Source: a virus (taxonomy: Duplodnaviria > Caudoviricetes). From it: DNA of 63,612 nucleotides. Position 1 is the stretch's first letter; every line of letters starts with the position of its first letter. Shown one piece after another: positions 38,866 through 47,459 of the stretch. The stretch covers positions 1-63,612 of IMG/VR virus record IMGVR_UViG_3300037485_001761. The stretch is one strand, 5' to 3'. The notes below the pieces were generated by a model. That model was not told the origin of the DNA. It saw only the letters and a program-made list of their open reading frames with translations, and made no database searches. Made by a program: the position numbers and the translations under genes.

Positions 38866-39108
38866 CTAGATTGTCTCTTTGTCTTTGTCTTCTTCATACC
38901 GTTTGGCGAGTATATCATAATTTGCCTTAGATGGAATCTTTCCATCGGCCCACCAGTGATACAACACACGGGGGTTAATTGAGAAGTAGATCGAGGCCCT
39001 CGGCGTCGTCAGCTTCATCGTGTCCCGATAGAAGCGGATTATCGTCCTGGCATTTGCGTGCTGATTCTCCGGCAGATGGGCTTTGTTCAATGTCTTTATC
39101 GGTTGCAT
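38866..39108 (-). CDS. Small Cro/XRE-like HTH protein
   Basis: LTT..AS..FSINPRVLYHW...KIPS pattern; GGAG RBS; overlaps the 3' end of the upstream gene. Confidence 0.55.
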   Translation of the reverse strand: MQPIKTLNKAHLPENQHANARTIIRFYRDTMKLTTPRASIYFSINPRVLYHWWADGKIPSKANYDILAKRYEEDKDKETI

Positions 39109-39739
39109 CTAAAAAGTCTCCCTCTGCATTGACAGTGTCTTTATCGGTCGCATCTTCGGTTGCATCTAAAAAGTCTCCCTCAGTGTTGTAAAATCCTTTT
39201 AAGGAAAAATTGTATTTCGTTCCGCTCTTTTCGTGAGACTCCTTCCAAAATTCTTGGGAGGATTCGATTTGATTCTTCAATGCTTCCGTTAAAATCCGAA
39301 TGGCTTCTTCCCCATTCTCGGGTAACGTAGCCAGTCCCGGTGGGGTTCTGTCGACGTAATAAAGCAGGTTGTACAGTTTCCCATAAAGAAGAATATCGGA
39401 GAACAGTTTCTTGTTCATCTGAATTCCTCCTTGTTTCCTGCGTAAAACTTGATGGACAAACGTAGAAACCAGGTTGCCAATTGTCGGCACCTTCGGGGCA
39501 ATTGTGGGCCTAGTATTCTTGTCCCCGTTCCACTTCAACGTTACGGGAAACCGGGAAGTGTAGAGTACTTCGGAAGGTTTTCGCGTCCTGGTCGATAATA
39601 CTTTGTAAAGTATCGCGCCGCCAACGTCTTCCGTAATGACTTTGATATTACAATACGCCTGTTTATTTTTGGGTTTGTAGTTGACTTCTGTAATTTCTTT
39701 TGCTGGAGCAACGTAAGCTGGTTTCTTCTTCGGCGGCAT
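38975..39739 (-). CDS. Hypothetical protein, basic N-terminus and acidic repetitive tail
   Basis: 254-aa ORF; EGDFLDAT repeated twice. Confidence 0.65.
   Translation of the reverse strand: MPPKKKPAYVAPAKEITEVNYKPKNKQAYCNIKVITEDVGGAILYKVLSTRTRKPSEVLYTSRFPVTLKWNGDKNTRPTIAPKVPTIGNLVSTFVHQVLRRKQGGIQMNKKLFSDILLYGKLYNLLYYVDRTPPGLATLPENGEEAIRILTEALKNQIESSQEFWKESHEKSGTKYNFSLKGFYNTEGDFLDATEDATDKDTVNAEGDFLDATDKDIEQSPSAGESARKCQDDNPLLSGHDEADDAEGLDLLLN
39099..39181. repeat. 26-bp direct repeat (period 57) containing RBS and ATG of the HTH gene
   Basis: TCGGTTGCATCTAAAAAGTCTCCCTC at 39099 and 39156. Confidence 0.9.
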
Positions 39740-39741
39740 GT

Positions 39742-40026
39742 CTATATCCTTTCCAAGTCTTTTGATTTGATGATGGAGTAGGATCTATCACTCCCCACGA
39801 ACATTAAATCCCCGGCTTCCGCATCGACGGTACACGTGTCATTGCCGAATTTATGAGGAAGTTTTATGGTCTTCATCTCGTCTCTCTGTATAGTGAATAC
39901 ACTTTCTTTTCTTCTTACACGATAACTAAGCCAACGTCCATCTATCTTTTTCTTGTACAGCATAAAGAATTTGCCATACCGCGTGGCCTCTTCTAATAAT
40001 GCTCGAGTCCATTCCATCGTACCCAA
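39742..40026 (-). CDS. Hypothetical protein
   Basis: AAGGAG RBS; in early-gene array. Confidence 0.65.
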   Translation of the reverse strand: MGTMEWTRALLEEATRYGKFFMLYKKKIDGRWLSYRVRRKESVFTIQRDEMKTIKLPHKFGNDTCTVDAEAGDLMFVGSDRSYSIIKSKDLERI

Positions 40027-40067
40027 CTCCTTTTGTGTCCGGTTATTCTGCGTCCTTCGGACTCAAA

Positions 40068-40238
40068 TTATGAATCGGTTTCTTTTTTAATGGCCTTCAG
40101 GGCTACTGCTCCGAGATAATGTGTCAACGGGTTTGTCTCTTTATTTACATGATCCAACGGAGGATCAAAGTCAATTCTTAAATCTATTTCGTGACTGCCA
40201 TCTTCTTGTGCTATAGTAATAATTGTTTTACTTGCCAT
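40068..40238 (-). CDS. Small hypothetical protein (56 aa, MASKTIITIAQEDG...), not in ORF track
   Basis: Manual translation; fills gap in the array. Confidence 0.55.
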   Translation of the reverse strand: MASKTIITIAQEDGSHEIDLRIDFDPPLDHVNKETNPLTHYLGAVALKAIKKETDS

Positions 40239-40243
40239 TGCAT

Positions 40244-40411
40244 TTAGCCTTTCAATAATTTAGTTTTAAACCCTAGTTTCTTACACCACCAAAGAAAATT
40301 CTCAACATCAGGCTCATAAATATCGTAGACCATTATTTTATGTGAAATCCCTACTACTTTTACTTTCACTGTGCGCTTTTTGCCTACAAGAATTGTGTTG
40401 CACTTACCCAT
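40244..40411 (-). CDS. Small hypothetical protein (55 aa, MGKCNTILVG...), not in ORF track
   Basis: Manual translation; overlaps upstream stop. Confidence 0.5.
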   Translation of the reverse strand: MGKCNTILVGKKRTVKVKVVGISHKIMVYDIYEPDVENFLWWCKKLGFKTKLLKG

Positions 40412-40616
40412 TTGATGGGCCTACTTCATTAGAACAAAACGTATCTAAATGATTTGATACGAAATCTTCGTTTAGTCCAACGTTACCTTGTATCAAATTA
40501 TATTGGATTACCTCCAGCATTTTCCTAACATCGTCAGATTGAATCCAGCTACCGTCGCCATCTTCAGCGCAAAGCACGCGGCTGCCGTCGTGCGTGTACA
40601 TGCTAAATCGTTTCAT
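40404..40616 (-). CDS. Small hypothetical protein
   Basis: GGAG RBS; ATGA coupling to upstream ORF. Confidence 0.6.
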   Translation of the reverse strand: MKRFSMYTHDGSRVLCAEDGDGSWIQSDDVRKMLEVIQYNLIQGNVGLNEDFVSNHLDTFCSNEVGPSNG

Positions 40617-40783
40617 CGATACTCCTTCCTGTTAAGCCATACATATATAAATGCGATAACAGTAATGGGCCACAACAGTATAATACCGTTTAAATACCAC
40701 TGTTCCGTTGCGCTGGTGAAATCTTTGAATAGCCCACGCACACACCACCCAATGGCTAACCAAATAACTATCCCTATAATCAT
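40613..40783 (-). CDS. Small two-TM membrane protein (56 aa, MIIGIVIWLAIGW...), not in ORF track
   Basis: Manual translation; ATGA overlaps at both ends; two hydrophobic segments. Confidence 0.65.
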   Translation of the reverse strand: MIIGIVIWLAIGWCVRGLFKDFTSATEQWYLNGIILLWPITVIAFIYVWLNRKEYR

Positions 40784-41211
40784 TTCTCCACCACTTTAAC
40801 ATTCTGTTTAAGCAAATTAACGGTATTTTTAAACGCCATTTGCAGCAATTCATTCGATATTTGCAGGTCATCTACCTGAGCGAGCCATACCAGCCATAAC
40901 GCAATCGGAAATATATTCAAGCACCTCAATTTTTCATGTAGATGATGCCTGCTAATCTTTTTATGATTGTCCCACCAAGTGTGTTCAGCAAATCCCGTTG
41001 TAAAATCCTTGTGAAACTGTATAATCTCAGTGAATTTATCGGTGTCGTGCTCGTAAAACCTCCTCGTTATATCTTCTCGGAAAAAAAATCCCGCAGTGAC
41101 GACATCAACGATGTGACTACTACTAGATGCCAACAAAGTTTGCTCGCTCACAGTCTTATAATCACATGTTCTTGTGTCTGCTGTTTCGGATTTCTTAATA
41201 TAAATAGTCAT
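40780..41211 (-). CDS. Conserved phage His/Asp-motif protein, possibly disrupted by two compensating frameshifts
   Basis: H..DV, HD.DK and RHHL motifs; the string IEVLEYISDCVMAGMARSG lies in another frame at 40930-40874. Confidence 0.55.
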   Translation of the reverse strand: MTIYIKKSETADTRTCDYKTVSEQTLLASSSSHIVDVVTAGFFFREDITRRFYEHDTDKFTEIIQFHKDFTTGFAEHTWWDNHKKISRHHLHEKLRCLNIFPIALWLVWLAQVDDLQISNELLQMAFKNTVNLLKQNVKVVEK

Positions 41212-41603
41212 TTCTTTTCACCTTTCTTATATTTTATCTTAATCATTTTCTTATCTCTGTTACCGCAGCTTGGGCACGGCGTCAGATAGTTTCCTTTAAA
41301 CTCCCACGTACACTCCTTACATTTCCTAGGTAGCGTCCGTGTGATGTTCAAAGTATGCGCCGACATCTTCTTGGTAATATCCCTTGTAGTCCGCAACCCC
41401 AATCTTTTTATCTTCTCGACCACGGTTGTGCGGTTTAAGCTTAACAAATTAGCCGCGGCATTCGTGGTCAAGGTCGAGTCTAATGCGGTAGCCACTAGCT
41501 TCCGTTGATAAGCTTCCGTCAACTCACCAAACCTTTTCACGCCGATTAACTCAATGAGTTTATCTTCTGTCTCGGTCAATGTGGCGGTGTATTGGTTAGT
41601 CAC
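41208..41603 (-). CDS. Fis-type HTH protein with C-terminal zinc ribbon
   Basis: AAANLLSLNRTTVVEKIKRLGL; CKEC...CPSCG. Confidence 0.75.
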   Translation of the reverse strand: MTNQYTATLTETEDKLIELIGVKRFGELTEAYQRKLVATALDSTLTTNAAANLLSLNRTTVVEKIKRLGLRTTRDITKKMSAHTLNITRTLPRKCKECTWEFKGNYLTPCPSCGNRDKKMIKIKYKKGEKK

Positions 41604-41815
41604 ACTAGCTCCTGAATACCGTAATCTTTTAACAGTTCATCTATCTTGTCTTGCACATCTTGAACCGTAATCATCACTGATTGTTTCTTCTCTTTATCTA
41701 GCCACTCTCGCAAATCGGAGATAGTGTTGAAAGCGTCATAGGCTAACTGGGTTCTGTTCAATTCTTTTACGTCTTGTGGCATTGAGAAGGTTTTATTAAA
41801 TTCTACTATAGTCAT
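41600..41815 (-). CDS. Small hypothetical protein (probable paralog of 42084..42305)
   Basis: Shared F....D..ELNR...A.D pattern and length. Confidence 0.6.
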   Translation of the reverse strand: MTIVEFNKTFSMPQDVKELNRTQLAYDAFNTISDLREWLDKEKKQSVMITVQDVQDKIDELLKDYGIQELV

Positions 41816-42087
41816 TTCGTTAGCTCCTTTTTTGCTTTCTTCTTTGCATTAGTAACAGCGAGCTTTTCCCGTCGCATTTGCTTTGTCTTGCATCCACAAC
41901 TCTTCGTCATATCCCGGATAAGAGAGTTAATTCTAACAAGCATAGGCGCACTCCCGCAGACGCATTGGCAAAGGTGATAGGAATATCTTTGTCCTTTCAC
42001 CCCGTGAACAACTCGTTCACTTATCACGGTTAAATATCCAATTTTTTTGTTAATTTGTATTGTTTTTCCTCGTAGTATTTGTTTCAC
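41812..42087 (-). CDS. Cys-rich DNA-binding module of the type found at the N-terminus of phage HNH/AP2 proteins, without nuclease domain
   Basis: KIGYLTVI...LCQCVCG...SL...TKSCGC. Confidence 0.7.
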   Translation of the reverse strand: MKQILRGKTIQINKKIGYLTVISERVVHGVKGQRYSYHLCQCVCGSAPMLVRINSLIRDMTKSCGCKTKQMRREKLAVTNAKKKAKKELTK

Positions 42088-42305
42088 GATATGAATTCTC
42101 CCGGAGTTACGTCAAACTTATTCAATAGCTGTTTGAATTTCTCGTGAATCTTTTCAGCGTCATCGGGGGTGTCTTGTTCTAAATTCTTCCAGAGATACCG
42201 GGACATAGATTCAATAATCAATCCATAATCAAGCGCTTTGAGACAGCGATTTAATTCTTCATCCTCTGACAGATCCGAGGTGTCAAATATCATGGTTACT
42301 TTCAT
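42084..42305 (-). CDS. Small hypothetical protein
   Basis: First gene after the leftward promoter at 42387. Confidence 0.6.
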   Translation of the reverse strand: MKVTMIFDTSDLSEDEELNRCLKALDYGLIIESMSRYLWKNLEQDTPDDAEKIHEKFKQLLNKFDVTPGEFIS

Positions 42306-42336
42306 TCGTCTTTTTCCTTTCAGTGGGTTGCTTGTG

Positions 42337-42387
42337 TTGCATACAACGGTGTTATCTTGTATAAGTTAAACAGGTATCGATTGTCAA
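42337..42387. promoter_or_regulatory. Overlapping opposed sigma70 promoters
   Basis: Plus: TTGCAT(42337)-17-TATAAG(42360-42365). Minus: TTGACA(42387-42382)-18-TATACA. Confidence 0.6.
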
Positions 42388-43037
42388 GAGATATTCTCGG
42401 AAAAACAAAGAGGGATTTTGTAATGCATAATTCGGAATTTAGATTGAGTGAGTACTTGGAAGTTCTTTCCCACGCATTGTCGGTAGAGCGTGACCATTTG
42501 ATAGCTAACTGCGGGTTAACTGCGTCAGAGCACAACGGAATGACCTTATATAACAATACAGTAGAGGCAAATTTTAACCTCGCTGAAGCTCTATCCTTGT
42601 ACTCCAAACAGCTTGGAGAGGGAATCGACGCGAAGGTCGAAAGGGTTTTGCGGTTGACTCAAAAAGCTTTTCGGGGAATGTGTATTTGTTACGGCGTGGT
42701 TTTCGCAAACGAGCAAATAGATTTTGACGTTATCGAAGCTCGATTAAAATGGAGCGATGCTATTGTGGCAGATACGGAAGTGGTGTCCGAGAATGCGGAA
42801 CAATATGTGATGAAGTACACGGAATTGTTTTCAGATGCTCTAGGCTCTGTTGTATTACTCTTAAAGAATTTGAGTTGTCAGACTTATGAGCGACAAGCTC
42901 TAGTGACAGCAATGAGAAGTATTTCTATTTTACTACGTCGCATGGCTTCCTTGTCGAAGTATAAATTGAGTGAGTTATGTAAGCAGGACGTGGACTATTT
43001 GAAACGATTAATGCCAGGAACTTTTACCACAATTTAG
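42357..43037 (+). CDS. Hypothetical all-alpha protein (likely start MHNSEF)
   Basis: Long ORF after rightward promoter; AGAGGG RBS before the internal ATG. Confidence 0.6.
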   Translation: MYKLNRYRLSRDILGKTKRDFVMHNSEFRLSEYLEVLSHALSVERDHLIANCGLTASEHNGMTLYNNTVEANFNLAEALSLYSKQLGEGIDAKVERVLRLTQKAFRGMCICYGVVFANEQIDFDVIEARLKWSDAIVADTEVVSENAEQYVMKYTELFSDALGSVVLLLKNLSCQTYERQALVTAMRSISILLRRMASLSKYKLSELCKQDVDYLKRLMPGTFTTI

Positions 43038-43066
43038 CGTCAATCACTTGACAGGGCGGCCTTTTT

Positions 43067-43411
43067 ATGCTAAAAACTAGGGTAACGCTGGATGAATTTC
43101 TTTCTACTCAGAAGAATGAAATCATTAAGAAGGTTAGTAGAACGCTTCAAATGAAAGAAGCTTTGATAAGTAAATACTTTGACAGAGAAATTGAAAGAGT
43201 AAAGAAAGATTTAGCAGATAGCCGAAAAGCGGTTAAGGTATTCGGTGTTCTAGCCATTAAATCCTCAGAAAATGTGGTGTTTGAGGCGGGAGTTGATGAA
43301 GTAAACTTGCAGCTGGAAACGGTATTCAAGCTTAAGTTAAACAAGCAAGGCTTGAAAGAGTTGTTACCTAATACGAAGAAGGTAACGATGGAAAGGTTTC
43401 CTTGTGAATGA
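43067..43411 (+). CDS. Hypothetical basic protein
   Basis: ORF coupled to the next gene. Confidence 0.55.
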   Translation: MLKTRVTLDEFLSTQKNEIIKKVSRTLQMKEALISKYFDREIERVKKDLADSRKAVKVFGVLAIKSSENVVFEAGVDEVNLQLETVFKLKLNKQGLKELLPNTKKVTMERFPCE

Positions 43412-43784
43412 GGATGAGGTGACTCTCGAAATTGGTAGGGAGTTAATGCGTCGGCTCGCTCAAGACGAGATCGTGGGATTGTCGAGCCTAGGCTCGCTCC
43501 TATTGCAGTATAAGAGCAACGTAGAGCTTCGATTAGGATTAAGCCTACCGATAGCTATCCCTCGGGGGGTTCGATTGCGCTTTGCCCCATCAAAAGAATT
43601 TTTAGTCAGTTTTTTTCGAGGAAAGAATAGCTCTTGGTTTAGTCACCTGGTTTTGCGTAGACTGAAACGGTCTACTGCTTTTCAGCCGTCTCACCGAAGG
43701 AAAGTCAATCCCACGGAGAACGGAGTCAATAAAGACAAAGGCAACCAGGCCAATAAGAAACTTAATCCCAAAGGCCATGAGTAG
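43404..43784 (+). CDS. HU/IHF-like DNA-binding protein (divergent)
   Basis: V.L..LG.L...RLRFAPSKEF resembles the HU/IHF arm and F.P/SK.L motif; basic tail. Confidence 0.45.
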   Translation: MNEDEVTLEIGRELMRRLAQDEIVGLSSLGSLLLQYKSNVELRLGLSLPIAIPRGVRLRFAPSKEFLVSFFRGKNSSWFSHLVLRRLKRSTAFQPSHRRKVNPTENGVNKDKGNQANKKLNPKGHE

Positions 43785-43871
43785 GCCAATGATTAAGGCA
43801 ATGGCTAGGAACACGGTTAAATCCAAGAGGCTGAAAAGGATTACGACACCAATTATAATTAAAGCAGTCAT
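43602..43871 (-). CDS. Small membrane protein (start MTALIIIG)
   Basis: Long hydrophobic stretch; follows the SSB-like gene; 3' part overlaps the convergent ORF. Confidence 0.55.
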   Translation of the reverse strand: MTALIIIGVVILFSLLDLTVFLAIALIIGLLMAFGIKFLIGLVAFVFIDSVLRGIDFPSVRRLKSSRPFQSTQNQVTKPRAILSSKKTD

Positions 43872-43875
43872 TGAT

Positions 43876-44199
43876 TCACCAGGGCAATACGGAAATGTAA
43901 GCCGCGAAAAGCATGACGACTGCTTTACTTGAGCCTGTCGTCGAGAACGTTTTATCTTTGCGAATCCTGCCATCAATGTAGACTTTATCCCCGGCGACGA
44001 GTTTCTTTTCGAGCACTAACTGACAAAGTTTTCCTTGAAGAATGACGGGAAATACTTCATCTTCGTCACCTACATTAACGATAACAGTATCCACATTTGT
44101 TTGGGATACTCGGGGCTCTTCAGTGTTTATCACGGTAGCAACGAGGCTAAATCTTGAAATCATAGCGGCTTCATCCTGTCTTAGTGTAACGTCTGACAT
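43876..44199 (-). CDS. SSB/PriB-like OB-fold protein lacking an acidic tail
   Basis: L..GDKVYIDGRI motif of the SSB family. Confidence 0.65.
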   Translation of the reverse strand: MSDVTLRQDEAAMISRFSLVATVINTEEPRVSQTNVDTVIVNVGDEDEVFPVILQGKLCQLVLEKKLVAGDKVYIDGRIRKDKTFSTTGSSKAVVMLFAAYISVLPW

Positions 44200-44251
44200 C
44201 TTATTTCTTCTCCGCTAGAGTAGTAGGTTTTACGGTTATTGTCTATTCGGG

Positions 44252-44548
44252 CTAGGTTTCCTGTATCAATTGAACGCCACAAGTATTACACAGGTTGCGG
44301 TCGTTCTCGCATTTGTAGCAGACGGCTTCGTAGTTTCGCTGGTTCCAAGCAACTCTAGCATCATCACTCGAATAGTTAACCCCTTGTTCATCTCTTACCG
44401 GCCCGCTTGTCCCGCATTTATCGCAAATGATTTGGTGCGAGGCAAAGAATGAAAGTCTGAAATACGTTTCCCCGCAAAAGGGACATGGGGGTAAATCTTT
44501 CGAAGAGGTTGCAAACTTAAAATTGGTTGCGTGTTTTGTCTTATCCAT
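44252..44548 (-). CDS. Lar-family restriction-alleviation-like zinc protein
   Basis: LPPCPFCG...CDKCG..GP...A..AWNQR. Confidence 0.75.
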   Translation of the reverse strand: MDKTKHATNFKFATSSKDLPPCPFCGETYFRLSFFASHQIICDKCGTSGPVRDEQGVNYSSDDARVAWNQRNYEAVCYKCENDRNLCNTCGVQLIQET

Positions 44549-44867
44549 GGCTCTTAATTCCTTCCAAATACTTGTCCATTGTTGCTCTTAACTCTGCCTT
44601 TGCAGTGTCGAGGCTCGTGAACGACTTTCGCATGATGAAGCCTTTTTGCAGTGATTCTTTTGATCCAAAGTCCATAATCACGGCAAGAAAGGAACCCGAG
44701 GCCTCGTTAACTCTGCCTACTACTTTTCTTTTATCGCAACTAAACACAATGGGATCTTCTCTATAAATACATTCGCTATCATTCATGACGCTTTTCTCCA
44801 TTTTTTTTCTACGAGAAATGCTTTTAACTCTGCTGAAGTAAACAGTTTGCCTTGTCCGTCGGGACAC
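44541..44867 (-). CDS. Hypothetical protein (start may be MEKSV near 44801)
   Basis: Overlaps the next start; in early array. Confidence 0.55.
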   Translation of the reverse strand: MSRRTRQTVYFSRVKSISRRKKMEKSVMNDSECIYREDPIVFSCDKRKVVGRVNEASGSFLAVIMDFGSKESLQKGFIMRKSFTSLDTAKAELRATMDKYLEGIKSHG

Positions 44868-44904
44868 CTGACTAGGTGAAATCCTTCGCTGTAGAAATAG
44901 TGAA

Positions 44905-45297
44905 CTATGTACATAATGACTCTTTCCTTGTTACTCGGTAAATGTTAACAGTTTTACTTATTTCTTCCAGCGTGATATTATGTAAAGCCAAGGCAGTTAT
45001 AACGCTGTTAACTCCACAGCCGCCAAGGGCTCTTATTGCATTAAACTCTTTACTTCCCATGGGAAACATAAAACATAAAACATCTGATAAGATTGTTGAT
45101 TCTTTACAAAATCCACACCCGGTAACGCGGGCAATGGTTTTCCCGCCAAAATTGTTTATAGTTGGCGTATGGCCCCACATCTTGGATGGTTTCCATTCTA
45201 TAGTTAAGGTAAACTCATTACCGCTTCTTTCGATAAATTCTTTGGCTCGTTTTTCTAGTGTTGTTAACTTCGGTGTCTTCATTTTAATATCCTTCAT
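44905..45297 (-). CDS. Hypothetical early protein
   Basis: AAGGA RBS; in array. Confidence 0.65.
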   Translation of the reverse strand: MKDIKMKTPKLTTLEKRAKEFIERSGNEFTLTIEWKPSKMWGHTPTINNFGGKTIARVTGCGFCKESTILSDVLCFMFPMGSKEFNAIRALGGCGVNSVITALALHNITLEEISKTVNIYRVTRKESLCT

Positions 45298-45301
45298 TGT
45301 G

Positions 45302-45493
45302 TTATCCTTTGATTGCGCTATGGGGTTCGTTTCTTATTGTTGTTTCTATTTCAAATAATCCATCTTCATTAAAGTAATTTTCTTTTTTATTGTCTTCGTA
45401 ATAGCGTTCAACTATTTGACTGTAATTCCTTGCGGTTCTTACGGTTACTTTAAAATATTTTAGCCATTCGTTTTTTATCTTGCTTCCCTTCAT
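45302..45493 (-). CDS. Small hypothetical protein
   Basis: ATGA coupling. Confidence 0.55.
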   Translation of the reverse strand: MKGSKIKNEWLKYFKVTVRTARNYSQIVERYYEDNKKENYFNEDGLFEIETTIRNEPHSAIKG

Positions 45494-45684
45494 TGTCTTT
45501 CTTCCTTTTCAATTAGTTGTCTATTCATCGTGTTCCAAATGGCTTTTAGCTTCTTGGCGTTATGAGTTTTCGTTAAAGCGTAATCGGGGTTTTCTTTATC
45601 CCAATTTGGTAAAGAGGTTTCCAGATCTAAGCAAAGCCTTAGATAATGTTTCCTTAAAAATAATTCATCTATTGTTTGTGACAT
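45490..45684 (-). CDS. Small hypothetical protein
   Basis: AAGGA RBS; coupling to next gene. Confidence 0.55.
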   Translation of the reverse strand: MSQTIDELFLRKHYLRLCLDLETSLPNWDKENPDYALTKTHNAKKLKAIWNTMNRQLIEKEERQ

Positions 45685-45688
45685 AAAA

Positions 45689-45874
45689 TTATTCCTTTTC
45701 CTGTGTTTGTTGTTGCCTTTGTTCCTGTTTTGCGTTCGGCGTTACGCTTGTAGTTGTGTCCGGTGTTACCGCCGGATAAACCGTTTCGCATTTCCCTGTA
45801 AATCCTTGACGCGATGAACAAGCCATAAGCATGAACACCAATGCCGTGATAATTATCTTGACCAATTCCTTCAT
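45689..45874 (-). CDS. Small lipoprotein
   Basis: Basic N-terminus, hydrophobic core, lipobox LMA-C. Confidence 0.65.
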   Translation of the reverse strand: MKELVKIIITALVFMLMACSSRQGFTGKCETVYPAVTPDTTTSVTPNAKQEQRQQQTQEKE

Positions 45875-46060
45875 TACGTTTCCCTTTCGATAGGCCAGCC
45901 ATTACCTGTATTGATTGGCTGGCCGATTAAGCCTTTAAGCATTTCCCAATAAACCTCGGGGTTGAGTTTCCAGCGTAGTTTTTCTACGTATTACGGTTAT
46001 GAATGTATCGACCAACGAGGTACATCTTTTGTACCTCGTTTATATTCTACCCATTGCATA

Positions 46061-46465
46061 TTAACACTTCTCTTGATTGCAATATTTACAGTTTTCATCT
46101 GCACATGGCTCAAATTCATTTGAGATAATGTCTCTGCAAATTTGTTCTATGCGTTCATCAGCCTGTCGCGCTGTGTCGTACATTTTCCTACGTATGTTAC
46201 TGCCACTCCACGATATTTCTGAATTAGCTATTATTATGTCGATGTCTGGTTGTATTTTTTCAAGCAAATCGCCAATTTCGCTATCCGTTAATTTCTCATC
46301 GATGGGCCATCTCCGCGTTAAGCCAACGAAGACATCGCTTGGTGTTGCGTTTATTTCGCCCGAAAATCGAGTGTCCACCGTGCCGTCTTGATAAAGATAA
46401 GCATGCGCGGGCTGTGCTAAATGGCGTGTGGGGTACTTATAAAAGTTAGGTCTACATGTGCTCAT
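46061..46465 (-). CDS. Hypothetical protein, first gene of the early array
   Basis: AGGAG RBS; C-terminal Cys cluster. Confidence 0.7.
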   Translation of the reverse strand: MSTCRPNFYKYPTRHLAQPAHAYLYQDGTVDTRFSGEINATPSDVFVGLTRRWPIDEKLTDSEIGDLLEKIQPDIDIIIANSEISWSGSNIRRKMYDTARQADERIEQICRDIISNEFEPCADENCKYCNQEKC

Positions 46466-47222
46466 ACCGTTCTCCTGTTAGCGCTCCATTGCGCCCGTGT
46501 TTCGTTGGAAGCAAAGATAATACTCATAACAAAAGTCTCCCTTAATAAAGGCTAACGCCAGTAGCGTAAGCGGGTGAAGTGAAAAGATAACGCATAAAAC
46601 GGGATACATCAAGCGCAATAAACGCAATAAATTATTTGCGGATTGCTCAAAAAAGCGAATGCAATTTACGCGCCAAGGGTTTCAAGCGTGAAATCATTCA
46701 GCTTTTTCGCGGGGAGCGGTGTCCAAGGATTTGACAAAAGTGTCTAAGGATTTTTCGTGAATGATTACAACGTTTCGCTGCTACACTGGTTCCAAGCGTG
46801 CTATCAATGTAAAGGGCGTAGCCGAGACGTGTGTAATCAGGTATGCTGATACCGATATCCGTGTTGTATGTTAGTAATGGGTTACGGAGAGGGCGAGGAA
46901 AGATGGGAAATAGTGGAGTGTTAACAGTGGTGTAGCTAGGTAGCATGAGAGGTTAACATAGGGGGGACCTCCACTTTCCTGCCCCCTATTCCCTGGAACC
47001 TAGCGAAACGATTGAATTTATTAAAGGGGGCAAGGGTGCTTTATACACTTGGATTTAGAACGAGTGTTCTATAATAACGTGATGGCGTAACAGTGACTTT
47101 ATTAAGGAATACAGTATTGGCTTTGGAGAGCCATAGGCTAGATAAGTGTTGGACTGACTATAAGGATAAAGGTATTGGCGCAGACCCCCGATGTGGGAAG
47201 GGGTGGCGGGCGGTTCGGTATC

Positions 47223-47369
47223 CGACAAACGCGTGAAAAACTGCCTCTTTTTCCTTTTTCCTGTGAAATCGACAAACGCGTGAAAAACTGCCTCTTTTTC
47301 CTTTTTCCTGTGAAATCGGCAGAGATCGACGTGAAAAACTGCCTCTTTTTACTTTTTCCTGTGAAATCG
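47223..47369 (+). repeat. Array A: 47-bp unit, two full copies plus one near copy
   Basis: CGACAAACGCGTGAAAAACTGCCTCTTTTTCCTTTTTCCTGTGAAAT at 47223 and 47270; third partial copy from 47330. Confidence 0.95.
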
Positions 47370-47443
47370 GGGTTAGTTTAGCAGAGGGTTAGTTTAGCAG
47401 AGGGTTAGTTTAGCAGAGGGTTAGTTTAGCAGAGGGTTAGTTT
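47370..47443 (+). repeat. Array B: (GGGTTAGTTTAGCAGA) x4.6
   Basis: Perfect 16-bp tandem units. Confidence 0.95.
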
Positions 47444-47459
47444 CCCTGTAATATCACTG

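Noticed and set aside
47370-47443. Eukaryotic telomere contamination (GGGTTAG)
   Set aside because: The unit is 16 bp, not TTAGGG, and is embedded in continuous phage sequence
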